Part shown: positions 37,799 to 47,612 of the stretch, piece after piece
Layout: each line of letters starts with the position of its first letter
Position numbering within the stretch: the stretch's first letter is position 1
IMG/VR virus record: IMGVR_UViG_3300025362_000005
Span: 26,241 to 90,240 of that record
DNA length: 64,000 nt
From: a virus
Strand: one strand, 5' to 3'
The notes under the pieces: generated by a model
Database searches by the model: none
Told to the model about the DNA's origin: nothing
Seen by the model: the letters and a program-made list of their open reading frames with translations, nothing else
Program-made: the position numbers and the translations under genes

Positions 37799-39448
37799 GT
37801 GTTAGAATATACAAAAATTATAAATGATAAAGACGGAAATGAGTTTACCTATATAGATGGTATTGAAACCACGCATCCTGATTATGATGTATTTTCTCCT
37901 AGATGGAAAAAGGCGAGAGATGTTATTGCAGGTGAAGAGACGCTAAAAGGTACGGGTAATAGAGAGTACTATTTACCTCGTTTAAATGGGCACACAAATA
38001 CTACGCAAGGCAACGCTGACTACACATCATTTGTTGAATACGCGGAGTTGTTTAATGCAACAGGTAGATCGGTTGAAGCTTATCGTGGATTACTTAATCG
38101 TAAACTCCCTTTTATAAAACTTCCTTCAAAGGTAAAGGATTTAATAAAAGCATTTACTATTAAAGATGAATCAATATACACCTTTATGGAACAAATAGAA
38201 GTGGAAACTATTGTTACAAATCGTGTAGGGCTTTTTATAGATCATCCCTATGTAGACACTGAGAGAAAGCTGACAAAACATGAAGCACAATTTATGAACA
38301 TGAGCCCTTATGGCACTATGTATACAGCAGAGTCTATTATAAATTGGGAAGAGAAACGAGTGAACAACAGAATCATGACGAGTTTGGTTGTGTTGAAAGA
38401 AGAGGAATATGTACGAGTAGATTCTTTTGTGCCTGAGATAAAAATAACATACAGGGTATTAGAGCTTGATGCACAGGGATACTATAGACAGGTTATTATT
38501 GAGCCCTCAGTGATTGTTACTGATTTACAGAAACAGGGAATGACGAAGAATGTAATAAAAGACGTTATATACCCAAAGCAAGACGGGAAACTTATGACGT
38601 TTATTCCATTTTATCCCGTAACAGCACAAGGCGTGACATGGGAATTAAGCAAATCAGTTATTAGCGATTTAGTAAATGTAAATATAGCGCACTTTAGAAA
38701 TACAGCTTTTCATGAAAAGGCTATTATGTGGACAGCGAGCCCAACAGCGGTTTTTAGTGGATTACCTACAGATACTCAGAGTATTGGTATAGGTTCTACA
38801 GAGGCAGTTATTATAGCTCCCGGAGGCACAGCAAAGTATTTGGAGTATGAAGGACGTGGACTCGATGACATAAAGATAGCACTTGATAAGAAAGAACAGC
38901 AGATGGCTATACTTGGTGCGAAGATATTGGCAAATGAAGTGAATGGCATTGAGAGTGGTGAAGCCGCAATGATACATCGTGCAGGAGAGCAGGGTATATT
39001 AGCGGATATAGCAACCACTATTGGCACTGCAATGGAGAAACTTATTGAAGTCATTTGCGCTTGGCGTAAAGTAGATTTCACAGAAAACTCTATTGTTGTT
39101 GAAATCACCAAAGATTACACACCTGCTGTTATTGATGCAAACACTGTTATAGCACTTGGTAAAGAAGTAGCAGAAGGACGTTTGAGTTACGAGTCTTATG
39201 TGGGTGCAATGCAGAGAGGTGAAATTATACCGGCAACACGTGACGCAAAAGCAGAATTGAAATTAATAGCAAAGACGCATGAAGGAACAATACTTACGAA
39301 CACAGAACGTATTGAGTATTTGGAGAAGAAAGGTATGACGGGTATAATAAAAAGGGCAGAAGAGCTTGAAGAACAAGCTAATCCTGAACCCATAGAAGTA
39401 GCAGAACCGAAAGTAGAAGAAAGCGATGATAAAACTATGGAACTATAA
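37799..39448 (+). CDS. portal protein (DUF4055-like)
   Basis: Position after terL; THPDY..W, YLPRL, AESIINW, IPF, NIAHFR. Confidence 0.88.
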   Translation: MLEYTKIINDKDGNEFTYIDGIETTHPDYDVFSPRWKKARDVIAGEETLKGTGNREYYLPRLNGHTNTTQGNADYTSFVEYAELFNATGRSVEAYRGLLNRKLPFIKLPSKVKDLIKAFTIKDESIYTFMEQIEVETIVTNRVGLFIDHPYVDTERKLTKHEAQFMNMSPYGTMYTAESIINWEEKRVNNRIMTSLVVLKEEEYVRVDSFVPEIKITYRVLELDAQGYYRQVIIEPSVIVTDLQKQGMTKNVIKDVIYPKQDGKLMTFIPFYPVTAQGVTWELSKSVISDLVNVNIAHFRNTAFHEKAIMWTASPTAVFSGLPTDTQSIGIGSTEAVIIAPGGTAKYLEYEGRGLDDIKIALDKKEQQMAILGAKILANEVNGIESGEAAMIHRAGEQGILADIATTIGTAMEKLIEVICAWRKVDFTENSIVVEITKDYTPAVIDANTVIALGKEVAEGRLSYESYVGAMQRGEIIPATRDAKAELKLIAKTHEGTILTNTERIEYLEKKGMTGIIKRAEELEEQANPEPIEVAEPKVEESDDKTMEL

Positions 39449-39497
39449 ACCTATGGAATAGGCGAGTTTCAAGTAGAAGAAACCTTGAGGGTATAGA

Positions 39498-40376
39498 ATG
39501 AGTGATAATAGCGAAGTACAGAGTGTAGTAAAGTTTTTAATGAATGCCAAGACAATGTTTGACATAGCAAATACAAAACTACCTGAAGATGCAACCAAGA
39601 TTGATTTTGATCAGTTTGAAACCGATTTTTATAAGGCAAATGAAGGATTGCAGAAAAACAGAGATCAATTGAAGGCGGAGAAGCTAAAATTAGTAGATGA
39701 AGCAGATACAAACAAGACAGCAATGGATGCATTGACTAAAAAGTATAGCTCCATTGACGAAAACCTTCCCGACAAGTATAATAAGGCAATTGATGAATTA
39801 AGTGCACTAAAAGCTACCATGAAAGATGGTTCTTTTGATGTTGATGTCTTTAATCGCACGAAACAATCAGAGATTGATGGATTAAAAGCAGAGCATGAAA
39901 AGGCTTTAAGAGATGGTTTAGCGGAAAAGAATACAGAACTTAATTCTTTTAAGACTTCTTCAGATACGTTTAAAGGGTTGTACACAGAAACCTTGCGTAA
40001 AGAGGGTCTTATGGGTGAATTAGAGAGAATTAATGTGAATCCAGAGGACAGACCATTAATACAGAGGGCATATTTAGGCAGAGCCGAGGTGTCGAATGAA
40101 GGTGAAGACAAAAATAAATTTGATGTCTTCTATAAAAACGATAAAGGCGAATTACAATCAGGTGTAGAGTTTTGGGATAAATGGGCAACTGAAGAGAGCA
40201 ATCAGAAATATGTTTTGGCTGACGATAACAAGGGTGGGGGTGCTAATCCGAATAAAAGAACCTCTGTTGTCAATAGCACAGATAAATATGGAAAGACTCT
40301 TACAGAAGAAAATGCAACACTATCAACCAAAGACAAATTAACACTGATGGAGAAAATGTCGCCTGCAAAGAAATAA
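39498..40376 (+). CDS. capsid scaffolding protein
   Basis: Coiled-coil, acidic, C-terminal GGGA; between portal and capsid. Confidence 0.75.
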   Translation: MSDNSEVQSVVKFLMNAKTMFDIANTKLPEDATKIDFDQFETDFYKANEGLQKNRDQLKAEKLKLVDEADTNKTAMDALTKKYSSIDENLPDKYNKAIDELSALKATMKDGSFDVDVFNRTKQSEIDGLKAEHEKALRDGLAEKNTELNSFKTSSDTFKGLYTETLRKEGLMGELERINVNPEDRPLIQRAYLGRAEVSNEGEDKNKFDVFYKNDKGELQSGVEFWDKWATEESNQKYVLADDNKGGGANPNKRTSVVNSTDKYGKTLTEENATLSTKDKLTLMEKMSPAKK

Positions 40377-40392
40377 TTTGGAGGAATAAATT

Positions 40393-41403
40393 ATGTCACA
40401 AGTAAGTGGAGTATCCCAAACGTGGAACAGTCCTCAGTATGAGGGACTTTTATGGACAGCAGATCAAGTACCGGGAAGAGCAAACAACTTGCCTTTCATG
40501 GGGATTCTTGGTGGATTAACAGGAGCAGATTACAGGATAGTACCTGATTTTGATTATGCAATGACGGCAGTATATGACTTTGCCGCCGCCGCACAGCCAG
40601 ATATTGATGAGACCGATTCGTTGACAGCAATTGCCGCTTCGTCTCCTGTTTTATCTCAGGTAAGAAATAGTTGTGGTATTGTACAGGAATCAGTAAACAT
40701 TTCGTACAAGAAACTATCAACGATGAGCAGAATTGCTACTGATATAGTAGCTAGTTCAGTAGGTTATTGGGCGAAAGAAAATACCCCAATTGAAGACGCA
40801 ATACAGTCAAGAAAATCTTATGTATTGAAAAAAATAGCTAGAGACTTGAATTATACATTTATGAATGGTGTATTTCAGGAATCAACAGGAGTAGATGTTT
40901 CAGGTATGACCGGTGGTGTAGTAGCCGCAACAAGTACTAATGCAACAGCCGCAGGTAGCATCGAATTAAATGAATCACTATTGCAGGCAATGTTTGCAGA
41001 CTGTGCAACTAATTCAGGTGGACAGACTTTTAATAGTTATCCCGTAATGTTTGTAACAGCTATTCAGAAATATAATATTTCAAAGATTTTTGGTTATCAG
41101 CCAACAAGTTGGAACATGGGTGGGGTTGCAATAGACACTATCTTAACTGACTTTGGCCCCGTAGGTGTTGTTTTTGAGTCAATGGTTCCCGCAGGTACTG
41201 TTGCACTTGTAGCAATGGATGCAGTTAGACCTGTATTCAACCCTGTTGTAACTGAAGATGGTAGTCAAGGACTAATGGTTTATAAAGATATGGCAGTACT
41301 CGGTGGTGGGTATCAGGGATTCTTTCAGGCACATATTGGAATCGACTATGCAAATGAATTGATGCATGGTAAGGTTACTGGTATTGCTCAGAGCAGAATA
41401 TAG
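40393..41403 (+). CDS. major capsid protein (SU10/DUF5309-like)
   Basis: N.CGIVQESV, TDFG, IGIDY..E..HGKVTG; followed by a terminator. Confidence 0.85.
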   Translation: MSQVSGVSQTWNSPQYEGLLWTADQVPGRANNLPFMGILGGLTGADYRIVPDFDYAMTAVYDFAAAAQPDIDETDSLTAIAASSPVLSQVRNSCGIVQESVNISYKKLSTMSRIATDIVASSVGYWAKENTPIEDAIQSRKSYVLKKIARDLNYTFMNGVFQESTGVDVSGMTGGVVAATSTNATAAGSIELNESLLQAMFADCATNSGGQTFNSYPVMFVTAIQKYNISKIFGYQPTSWNMGGVAIDTILTDFGPVGVVFESMVPAGTVALVAMDAVRPVFNPVVTEDGSQGLMVYKDMAVLGGGYQGFFQAHIGIDYANELMHGKVTGIAQSRI

Positions 41404-41425
41404 CAACTAGTTAGATGGAACTAAC

Positions 41426-41450
41426 GTGGGGCGTTTGCCCCACTTCATTT
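41426..41450 (+). terminator. intrinsic terminator
   Basis: gtggggc-gttt-gccccac then ttcattt. Confidence 0.65.
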
Positions 41451-41463
41451 AAAGGAGACAATT

Positions 41464-42417
41464 ATGTATAAATCATATAGGGTAAAAAATGTTGCCCTCG
41501 GAACAGAATTAAAAAATAAATTTGGCGTTCGCACACAAGCGGATGGAACCATACCGAAAAACAGACTTATAGAGGAAGATGCAAGTGGTGATATTGTAGT
41601 AGGGGTATTAGACTCTATTAGAGCATTTGCGGCTAATGAAGATGTTGAACGTAGTGCTAATGATTTCTTTTTAGCAGAAATTGGGCCTGTTAATTTAACA
41701 GCGGGAACAGACCTCACCGCAGGGCAACGTTTCAAATGTGGAACAGCAGGAAAGGCGATAGCACTTCTTGATGCTCGATTAATTGACACCACTATAAAGA
41801 CACAGATTGGGGTAGCTTTTACAAACCAACCTGCAACGGATAACGTTGAGGTAGAGAGTTCAAGTGCATCAGACGTCACACAAACAGTCACGTTATATGG
41901 AACAGATTCATCTGATGCCTATATTACTGAGACATTGACACTAACAGGTACAACTCCTGTAGCAACTGCAAGTGCATTATGGAAAGCAGTATGCGGGATT
42001 TTATTGAGTGCAGCTTGTGTTGGTACAGTAACAGTTACTGAAGCTAGTGGTAGTGCAACTATTAAAGCGATTGCAATTGGGGATACATCAGCAGGTATTT
42101 ATGATATTACTGACGGGTATACTTACAACAAGAAAGCTGAGGTAAAAGGCAGTGGAGCAACAACGGGTCAGATAGTGTCATTTATAGAAGCAACAGATGG
42201 AGCAACAGCAAGTGGATTAGCGATACAGCTAAATGGTGCAACAGAAGTGTTGTATGGTACAGCAAGCTATAAAGTTACGAATTGGATGGTAGGAAATGTA
42301 GGGGCAGGGGTTACTCTTACGGTAGCGACTTCAAGTACTGAAGATGACCGTAAACTTTCTATTGGTACAGTATTGACGGGAGCAGATGCAGGGGATGACG
42401 CAGTCTGTTTTATATAA
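41464..42417 (+). CDS. capsid decoration/cement-like protein with inserted beta-rich domain
   Basis: DUF2190-like N-part (AG..L.AG..G.A) and C-part (IG..L.GA..GD) split by about 190 aa. Confidence 0.55.
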   Translation: MYKSYRVKNVALGTELKNKFGVRTQADGTIPKNRLIEEDASGDIVVGVLDSIRAFAANEDVERSANDFFLAEIGPVNLTAGTDLTAGQRFKCGTAGKAIALLDARLIDTTIKTQIGVAFTNQPATDNVEVESSSASDVTQTVTLYGTDSSDAYITETLTLTGTTPVATASALWKAVCGILLSAACVGTVTVTEASGSATIKAIAIGDTSAGIYDITDGYTYNKKAEVKGSGATTGQIVSFIEATDGATASGLAIQLNGATEVLYGTASYKVTNWMVGNVGAGVTLTVATSSTEDDRKLSIGTVLTGADAGDDAVCFI

Positions 42418-42438
42418 AAGAAATAAGGAGAACTAGGT

Positions 42439-42984
42439 ATGATGTTTATTGGAGTAGGGAAAGTTTGGGACAGCAAGAGGAATGTTAATTTATGTAGTTT
42501 TGGGGTAAAAGGTGTATTAAACACTGAAGACCCTTATGTGATTCGGCGTTTACATGAACTAGGGTACGATGAAGCAAAAGAAGATGACATGGTTAATATT
42601 GAAATCTGTAATGGTATTCATGTGGATTGGAAAAACAAATATGATCTTGTTGTAGAAACGAACAGGGGATTGAAATCGGAAATGGTTGCTTTAAAGCAAG
42701 AGTATGCGGTGATGGAAAAACGCATAGCCGCTTTTGCAGAAGTAGTCGAAGTTCGGGCTGAAGAAAAACCAGACAAAGTTATTGCGGATTGGAGAGCTGA
42801 TTTTTATGATATTGGTGGCAACTATGTGACGCGGGATTATTTGAATACAAGTGGGGTGAGTGCATTAAACAAACTCAAAACTTTTATCAAATCGCAAACA
42901 GGTGATGCCGATTTAAGGGCGATGAAAAAAGATGAGGCTATCACTGAGGTAACAAAAATCCTTAAAGAAAAGGAATTAATTTAA
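42439..42984 (+). CDS. hypothetical head-module protein
   Basis: Coiled coil; C-terminal HeH/Rho-N-like MKKDEAI. Confidence 0.6.
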   Translation: MMFIGVGKVWDSKRNVNLCSFGVKGVLNTEDPYVIRRLHELGYDEAKEDDMVNIEICNGIHVDWKNKYDLVVETNRGLKSEMVALKQEYAVMEKRIAAFAEVVEVRAEEKPDKVIADWRADFYDIGGNYVTRDYLNTSGVSALNKLKTFIKSQTGDADLRAMKKDEAITEVTKILKEKELI

Positions 42985-42992
42985 TAATACAT

Positions 42993-43019
42993 AGGGGGAT
43001 GATTCATCCTCCTTTTTTT
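42993..43019 (+). terminator. intrinsic terminator
   Basis: agggggatg-att-catcctcct then T-tract. Confidence 0.75.
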
Positions 43020-43036
43020 ATAACAGGAGATAATAA

Positions 43037-43348
43037 ATGATGTACACACTACGTGAGAAAACGCTGTTAAATGCAGTGGTAGCAAATACAACAGGAACAG
43101 AAATAAATGTCAGTTTATATGGGGCATTAACGTTTCAGGTAATAGCAACAGGCGGAACAGTAGGTGGAGTGGTAACTGTTGAGTGTTCACTTGATGGAGA
43201 AAATTGGGTAACATATAAGACATGGACACTTGCATCAGCAGGGACAGAAATATACGGTATGGATGGGCAACCAATGAAATATGTAAGGGCTAGTGTTAGT
43301 AGTTTTACTGACGGGGCTTTTAGTGTATTGATGTTAGCACGAGAGTAA
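43037..43348 (+). CDS. small beta-sandwich virion protein
   Basis: VECSLDGENW..YVR. Confidence 0.6.
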   Translation: MMYTLREKTLLNAVVANTTGTEINVSLYGALTFQVIATGGTVGGVVTVECSLDGENWVTYKTWTLASAGTEIYGMDGQPMKYVRASVSSFTDGAFSVLMLARE

Positions 43349-43360
43349 AAGGAGCCTATA

Positions 43361-43885
43361 ATGAGTTTTTTGCCAGATGACGGTACAGGAAAAGTTGATA
43401 GTACATCTTATGTTTCTTTAGCGTACGCAAATACGTACGCGGACTCTTTTTTCGATGAAACGAGTTGGCTTCTATGGGACGCACTTGCTGATAGTAGCAA
43501 AGAAAGGTACTTGAATAGAGCTACCCTTTATATTAATACCACATACACATTTGTAGGTGATAGAAGTAGTTCTACACAGAGTTTGGAGTGGCCACGGGAC
43601 GATGCGTTCGACTCTGAGGGTGATGCAGTAACGGGTATTCCTTCAGCTATTAAACAAGCTACGGTTTTAGCTTCAAAAAGATTGTTAAACAGCACAGAAT
43701 TGAGTCCCGACTTAGAACGTGGTGGAAATATTATAAGTGAGAAGGTAGACGTGATCACGATTGTATACTCACAAGGAGCATCAAGTTACACCAAGTTTAC
43801 TGAGATAGAGAATTTACTTCGTACATCGGGGCTGATTGAGGCTAATAGAAATTCTATAGTCAATGCTCGCTTAACACTGAGGTAG
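43361..43885 (+). CDS. head-tail adaptor (DnaT-like family)
   Basis: DGTG..SYVS..QSLEWPR..IP.AIKQA..EKVDVI. Confidence 0.85.
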   Translation: MSFLPDDGTGKVDSTSYVSLAYANTYADSFFDETSWLLWDALADSSKERYLNRATLYINTTYTFVGDRSSSTQSLEWPRDDAFDSEGDAVTGIPSAIKQATVLASKRLLNSTELSPDLERGGNIISEKVDVITIVYSQGASSYTKFTEIENLLRTSGLIEANRNSIVNARLTLR

Positions 43886-43887
43886 CC

Positions 43888-44280
43888 ATGGATTATGATG
43901 CACTAAAAACAAGAGTAAACAACTTAATAAAACGAAACACTAGTTTAACAATTAGTTTTACTAGACCTGCGTCTACTACGGCTGTGAAACAATATGACCC
44001 TGCTTCCGATACTTTTAAATGGTACACTAGTGGGGTAGAGGTGTCAGAGCCTACAGACACTACTTACACAGGGTACGTAATTGAAACTTATACGAGTGAG
44101 TATTTCAAAGCCAAGGGTTATGTACGTGAATCAGATCGTACATTTATTACTAATGGCGTACCGCGTATAAATAGAAATGAGGTTGTTACTATTGATGGCA
44201 TTACATATACGGCTTATAGAGTAGCAACAGTGAATCCCGGTGGCACAGATGTATTATATAGAATTAGTGTGAGGGTATAA
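43888..44280 (+). CDS. head closure protein
   Basis: Synteny; YDP, NPGG..VLY. Confidence 0.7.
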   Translation: MDYDALKTRVNNLIKRNTSLTISFTRPASTTAVKQYDPASDTFKWYTSGVEVSEPTDTTYTGYVIETYTSEYFKAKGYVRESDRTFITNGVPRINRNEVVTIDGITYTAYRVATVNPGGTDVLYRISVRV

Positions 44281-44283
44281 TTT

Positions 44284-44829
44284 ATGGGTAGTTTTAGGCA
44301 TCCCGGAAGCAAGGGAGAAGCGTTTAGTAAACAGGCAACACTCAGTGTTGAAGGTATGCTAGGCACCATGAATAAGGTTATACAAGAAACTACTATTGAG
44401 TTATATGCTAGGGCAGTAATAAAGACACCTATTAAAGAAACTGATGCAATTAATTCATGGGGGGTTTCAGTTAATACTCCTGATGGGGCTAATAAATTAA
44501 TGGTGTTGGACAACAATGAAAAAGAAAGTGTTATTCAGCAGATTAGTTCAGTGATTAAAGACACTAAATTAAGGGATAATTACTTTTTGAAAAATGATAT
44601 TTATTATATACTTTTATTAGAAAATGGTGGCTATGATGGTATACCTATTCATAGAAATGACCCTTATCCCCCTTGGTATCCTGAGAGCAGGTATCCACGA
44701 CCTTTTACACTATTGACATCAGGTAGAGGGGGCCCAATATCTAAAAAGGCACCAAAGGGTATGGTTAAAGTGACAATGTTAGAATCTGATGATGTTTTTA
44801 GAGACATGAGTACAAAATACGGGGAGTAA
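44284..44829 (+). CDS. neck/tail completion protein (HK97 gp10-like)
   Basis: KTP..NSW..N..YY..LE.G..SKKAPKGMV. Confidence 0.8.
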   Translation: MGSFRHPGSKGEAFSKQATLSVEGMLGTMNKVIQETTIELYARAVIKTPIKETDAINSWGVSVNTPDGANKLMVLDNNEKESVIQQISSVIKDTKLRDNYFLKNDIYYILLLENGGYDGIPIHRNDPYPPWYPESRYPRPFTLLTSGRGGPISKKAPKGMVKVTMLESDDVFRDMSTKYGE

Positions 44830-44832
44830 ATA

Positions 44833-45255
44833 GTGGCAAATACGGCACAGAATGATATAATTACGGTAATGCAGACACCACTCGCATCGCTATCTACAAT
44901 TAGTGCAAGTGATGTAGCATATATAAATGATGAGTACTCTCCGACAAGAGGCACGGCGTGGTTACAGACGTGGATGTTTTTCACTGAATCAACACAGGCA
45001 TCATTAGGGACAACAGGACAGCAACGGTATGATGGATATATGCAGATAGATGTGAGTGTGCCTGTAGGAAATGGTCGCACTGATGTGAACCCAATACTAG
45101 CAGAGTTGATGACAGCGTATAAAAGAGGCACTACATTGACAAATGTTAATATAAGTGTAGAATGTAAACGTGCTTGGGAGAGTACGCCATATAGTGGTGA
45201 AGGTTGGTATGTCGTGCCCCTCAATGTTAGGTGGTACGCCTACACTAGTATTTAG
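44833..45255 (+). CDS. tail terminator (DUF4128-like)
   Basis: G..QIDV..P.G.G..WYVVP..V.W; synteny. Confidence 0.8.
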   Translation: MANTAQNDIITVMQTPLASLSTISASDVAYINDEYSPTRGTAWLQTWMFFTESTQASLGTTGQQRYDGYMQIDVSVPVGNGRTDVNPILAELMTAYKRGTTLTNVNISVECKRAWESTPYSGEGWYVVPLNVRWYAYTSI

Positions 45256-45272
45256 TTAAGGAGTTTGAGGTA

Positions 45273-46490
45273 ATGAATAAAGGGTACAGAGTTAGATTAT
45301 ACCCAAACAAACAACAAGAATCTCAAATAAACATAAATACAAACTGTTCTAGGTTTATATACAATGCTATGTTAGCAGAGCATATTGAGGTATACAACCA
45401 ATTACAGGATGACAAAGAAGAATTGTATGCCTATAAGTATAAAAAAGCAAGTGAATATAAAGTAGATTTTCCTTGGTTAAAAGAAGCATCCTCATGGGCA
45501 TTAAGTGAGTCGTGTAGGAATTTAAGTAGAGCATATGCAAACTTTTATCGTAATATAAAACAAGGAAAGAAAGGCGGGTTCCCTAAATTTAAAAGCAAAA
45601 AGGCAGTAAAGTGGAGTTATACAGAAGCCCAACAGAGAGGTGGTATTCGTATTTTAAATAATAAAATTCATTTACTTAAAATGGGGTGGGTAACTTTCAG
45701 GGGATTATCCAAAGACTTCCAAGGAATAATAAAATCTGTTACCGTTACTAAAACAAGAACTAATAAATATTTTGCTTCTATTTTAGTCGAGTGTGGTGAT
45801 GTAAAAAGAGAAAGAGTTTCTGATAATGTTGTAGGAATTGATTTAGGGCTAAAAGAATTGGCAGTTTGTAGTAATGGAGAATTTATCACTGGCATAAAAG
45901 ACAGAATGGCAGAGATAGAGAATAAAATAAAACAACAAAATCGCCATTTATCAAGAAAGAAATTAGGTAGTAATAGGTATGAAAAATGTAAATTACAATT
46001 AAATAAATTGTGGGAATATAGAAACAATTATTTGAGTCATTTTCAATGGCATTTAGTGAATAAACTTTGTAGTGAAAACCAAGCTATAGGGTTAGAGACT
46101 TTGAATGTTATAGGAATGAGAAAGAATAGAAAATTATCACATGCTATTCAAAATATTAATTGGGGGAGTCTAGTTAGCAAATTGGAAGAAAAGGCTAAAG
46201 AGTATAATACTGTTGTGTATAAAATTGACAGATGGTTTCCATCAACTAAATTATGTAGTAGTTGTGGTGCATTGCATGAAATGCGTTTAAGTGATAGAAT
46301 ATACTCATGTGGTTGCGGTAATGAAATAGACAGGGATTTGAATGCGGGTATTAACATTCGTAATGAAATGTTAGATAATATATCGTTGAAGAACAGCGAT
46401 TACAGACGTGGAGAGACAGTAAAACCAGTGAGACTAGATTATGAAAGCGATGGTAGTTTTGTTGAAGCGTTAACTATGAAAATTGCATAA
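45273..46490 (+). CDS. tnpB: TnpB RNA-guided endonuclease (IS200/IS605 family), no tnpA
   Basis: YRVRLYPN..RFIYN, GFPKFKSK, RuvC GIDLG / GLETL / DRDLNA, Zn finger CSSC..CGC. Confidence 0.95.
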   Translation: MNKGYRVRLYPNKQQESQININTNCSRFIYNAMLAEHIEVYNQLQDDKEELYAYKYKKASEYKVDFPWLKEASSWALSESCRNLSRAYANFYRNIKQGKKGGFPKFKSKKAVKWSYTEAQQRGGIRILNNKIHLLKMGWVTFRGLSKDFQGIIKSVTVTKTRTNKYFASILVECGDVKRERVSDNVVGIDLGLKELAVCSNGEFITGIKDRMAEIENKIKQQNRHLSRKKLGSNRYEKCKLQLNKLWEYRNNYLSHFQWHLVNKLCSENQAIGLETLNVIGMRKNRKLSHAIQNINWGSLVSKLEEKAKEYNTVVYKIDRWFPSTKLCSSCGALHEMRLSDRIYSCGCGNEIDRDLNAGINIRNEMLDNISLKNSDYRRGETVKPVRLDYESDGSFVEALTMKIA

Positions 46491-46536
46491 AGTATTTAGG
46501 CAATAAGAATGGATTTTGTAAGAGGGCGTGGGAAAG
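46395..46536 (+). ncRNA. predicted omegaRNA (scaffold plus guide); boundaries approximate
   Basis: Overlaps the tnpB 3' end; gacgtggag..gaagcgtt and aaaacca/tggtagtttt pairings, hairpin 46482-46504, then the duplicated gene end. Confidence 0.65.
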
Positions 46537-46633
46537 TACACCATATAGTGGTGAAGGTTGGTATGTTGTGCCGCTCAATGTTAGGTGGTACGCATATACA
46601 TCAATATAAAAATTTTAGCTTTGGAGGCATAAA

Positions 46634-47602
46634 ATGAGTGAGTTTAGTTCAGGGTCACAGAGAGACCTATATTATAAAGAAGAGACAGTATATGGTGTAG
46701 TTGAAGGTGGAGTAGCTACAGGATTTACTGAAATACGAAATACTGAGGATTCTATCAGTTTAGTGCGTGATAATTTCGTATCAGATGAGAGACGCGGTGA
46801 CAGAGGTATCCACGACATGAGGTTGGGAAATAAACAGCCCGCAGGGGATATCGGGTTTGAGTTTAGTTATGAGGCATTTGATGACTTTTTAGAAGGTGCA
46901 CTTTGTAGTGATTGGGGGGCAACTACTGCTAATGTATTGGAGAAGGGTGTTGTTTTTCATTCTTATTCAGTGGTAAAAGCTTTTTCTGATATTTTAGAGT
47001 ATCAGTTGTATCCCGGTGGTGTAGTAAACACTATGTCTTTGGATATTAATCCAAATGCGATGGTAACGGGTTCATTTGGCATGATTTTTCAAGATATGTC
47101 TAATGGTACGGGGGTTTATGTAGATACCCCTGCGGCTTCAACTACCAACACACCTTTCGATGGTTTCACAGGTACAATAGAAGAGGGTACAGAAGCAGGG
47201 ACAACAATAGCAGTTGTTTCTTCACTGAGTCTGAGTTTAGACAATGGATTTGAACGAAATTTTGTATTAATGAGTAATAAGAATCCACAGGTCACATGGG
47301 GAAAATCAAATGTAACAGGCAGTATGGTATTATATTTTGAAGACACCGATGAGTATGATAAATTTGTAAATGAAACAGAATCAGGCTTAACAATTACTTT
47401 AGAGGATTTACATACAGGAACATCAGGTAATAAATATAAAATTAGGCTTCCACGTATCAAATATACGAGTGCAGATGCTCCGGTAAACAGTGATGGTTCA
47501 GTTATGATTACTATGAATTTTCAAGCACTTGATGATGAATCAGTAGCTGACGGTGGGATAGCAACAAACATACAGATTACACGTATTGTTGCAGTAGCAT
47601 AG
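46634..47602 (+). CDS. tail tube protein 1
   Basis: SDE.R.DR..G.K..AGD, LDNG, G.S.V.GS, LPRIKY. Confidence 0.85.
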   Translation: MSEFSSGSQRDLYYKEETVYGVVEGGVATGFTEIRNTEDSISLVRDNFVSDERRGDRGIHDMRLGNKQPAGDIGFEFSYEAFDDFLEGALCSDWGATTANVLEKGVVFHSYSVVKAFSDILEYQLYPGGVVNTMSLDINPNAMVTGSFGMIFQDMSNGTGVYVDTPAASTTNTPFDGFTGTIEEGTEAGTTIAVVSSLSLSLDNGFERNFVLMSNKNPQVTWGKSNVTGSMVLYFEDTDEYDKFVNETESGLTITLEDLHTGTSGNKYKIRLPRIKYTSADAPVNSDGSVMITMNFQALDDESVADGGIATNIQITRIVAVA

Positions 47603-47612
47603 GGGGTAGAGC

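Larger units (their letters stand above)
45163..46609 (+). repeat. 93-bp synonymous direct repeat of the tail-terminator 3' end flanking tnpB (45163-45255, 46517-46609)
   Basis: Both copies encode CKRAWESTPYSGEGWYVVPLNVRWYAYTSI*; 77/93 nt identical. Confidence 0.95.

Noticed and set aside
45256-46516. IStron (group I intron plus TnpB) or nuclease-dead TldR
   Set aside because: Only 17 nt separate the gene stop from tnpB, leaving no intron core, and all three RuvC acidic residues are present
45163-46609. DGR template/variable repeat pair
   Set aside because: Differences are synonymous and not adenine-specific; no reverse transcriptase in the window
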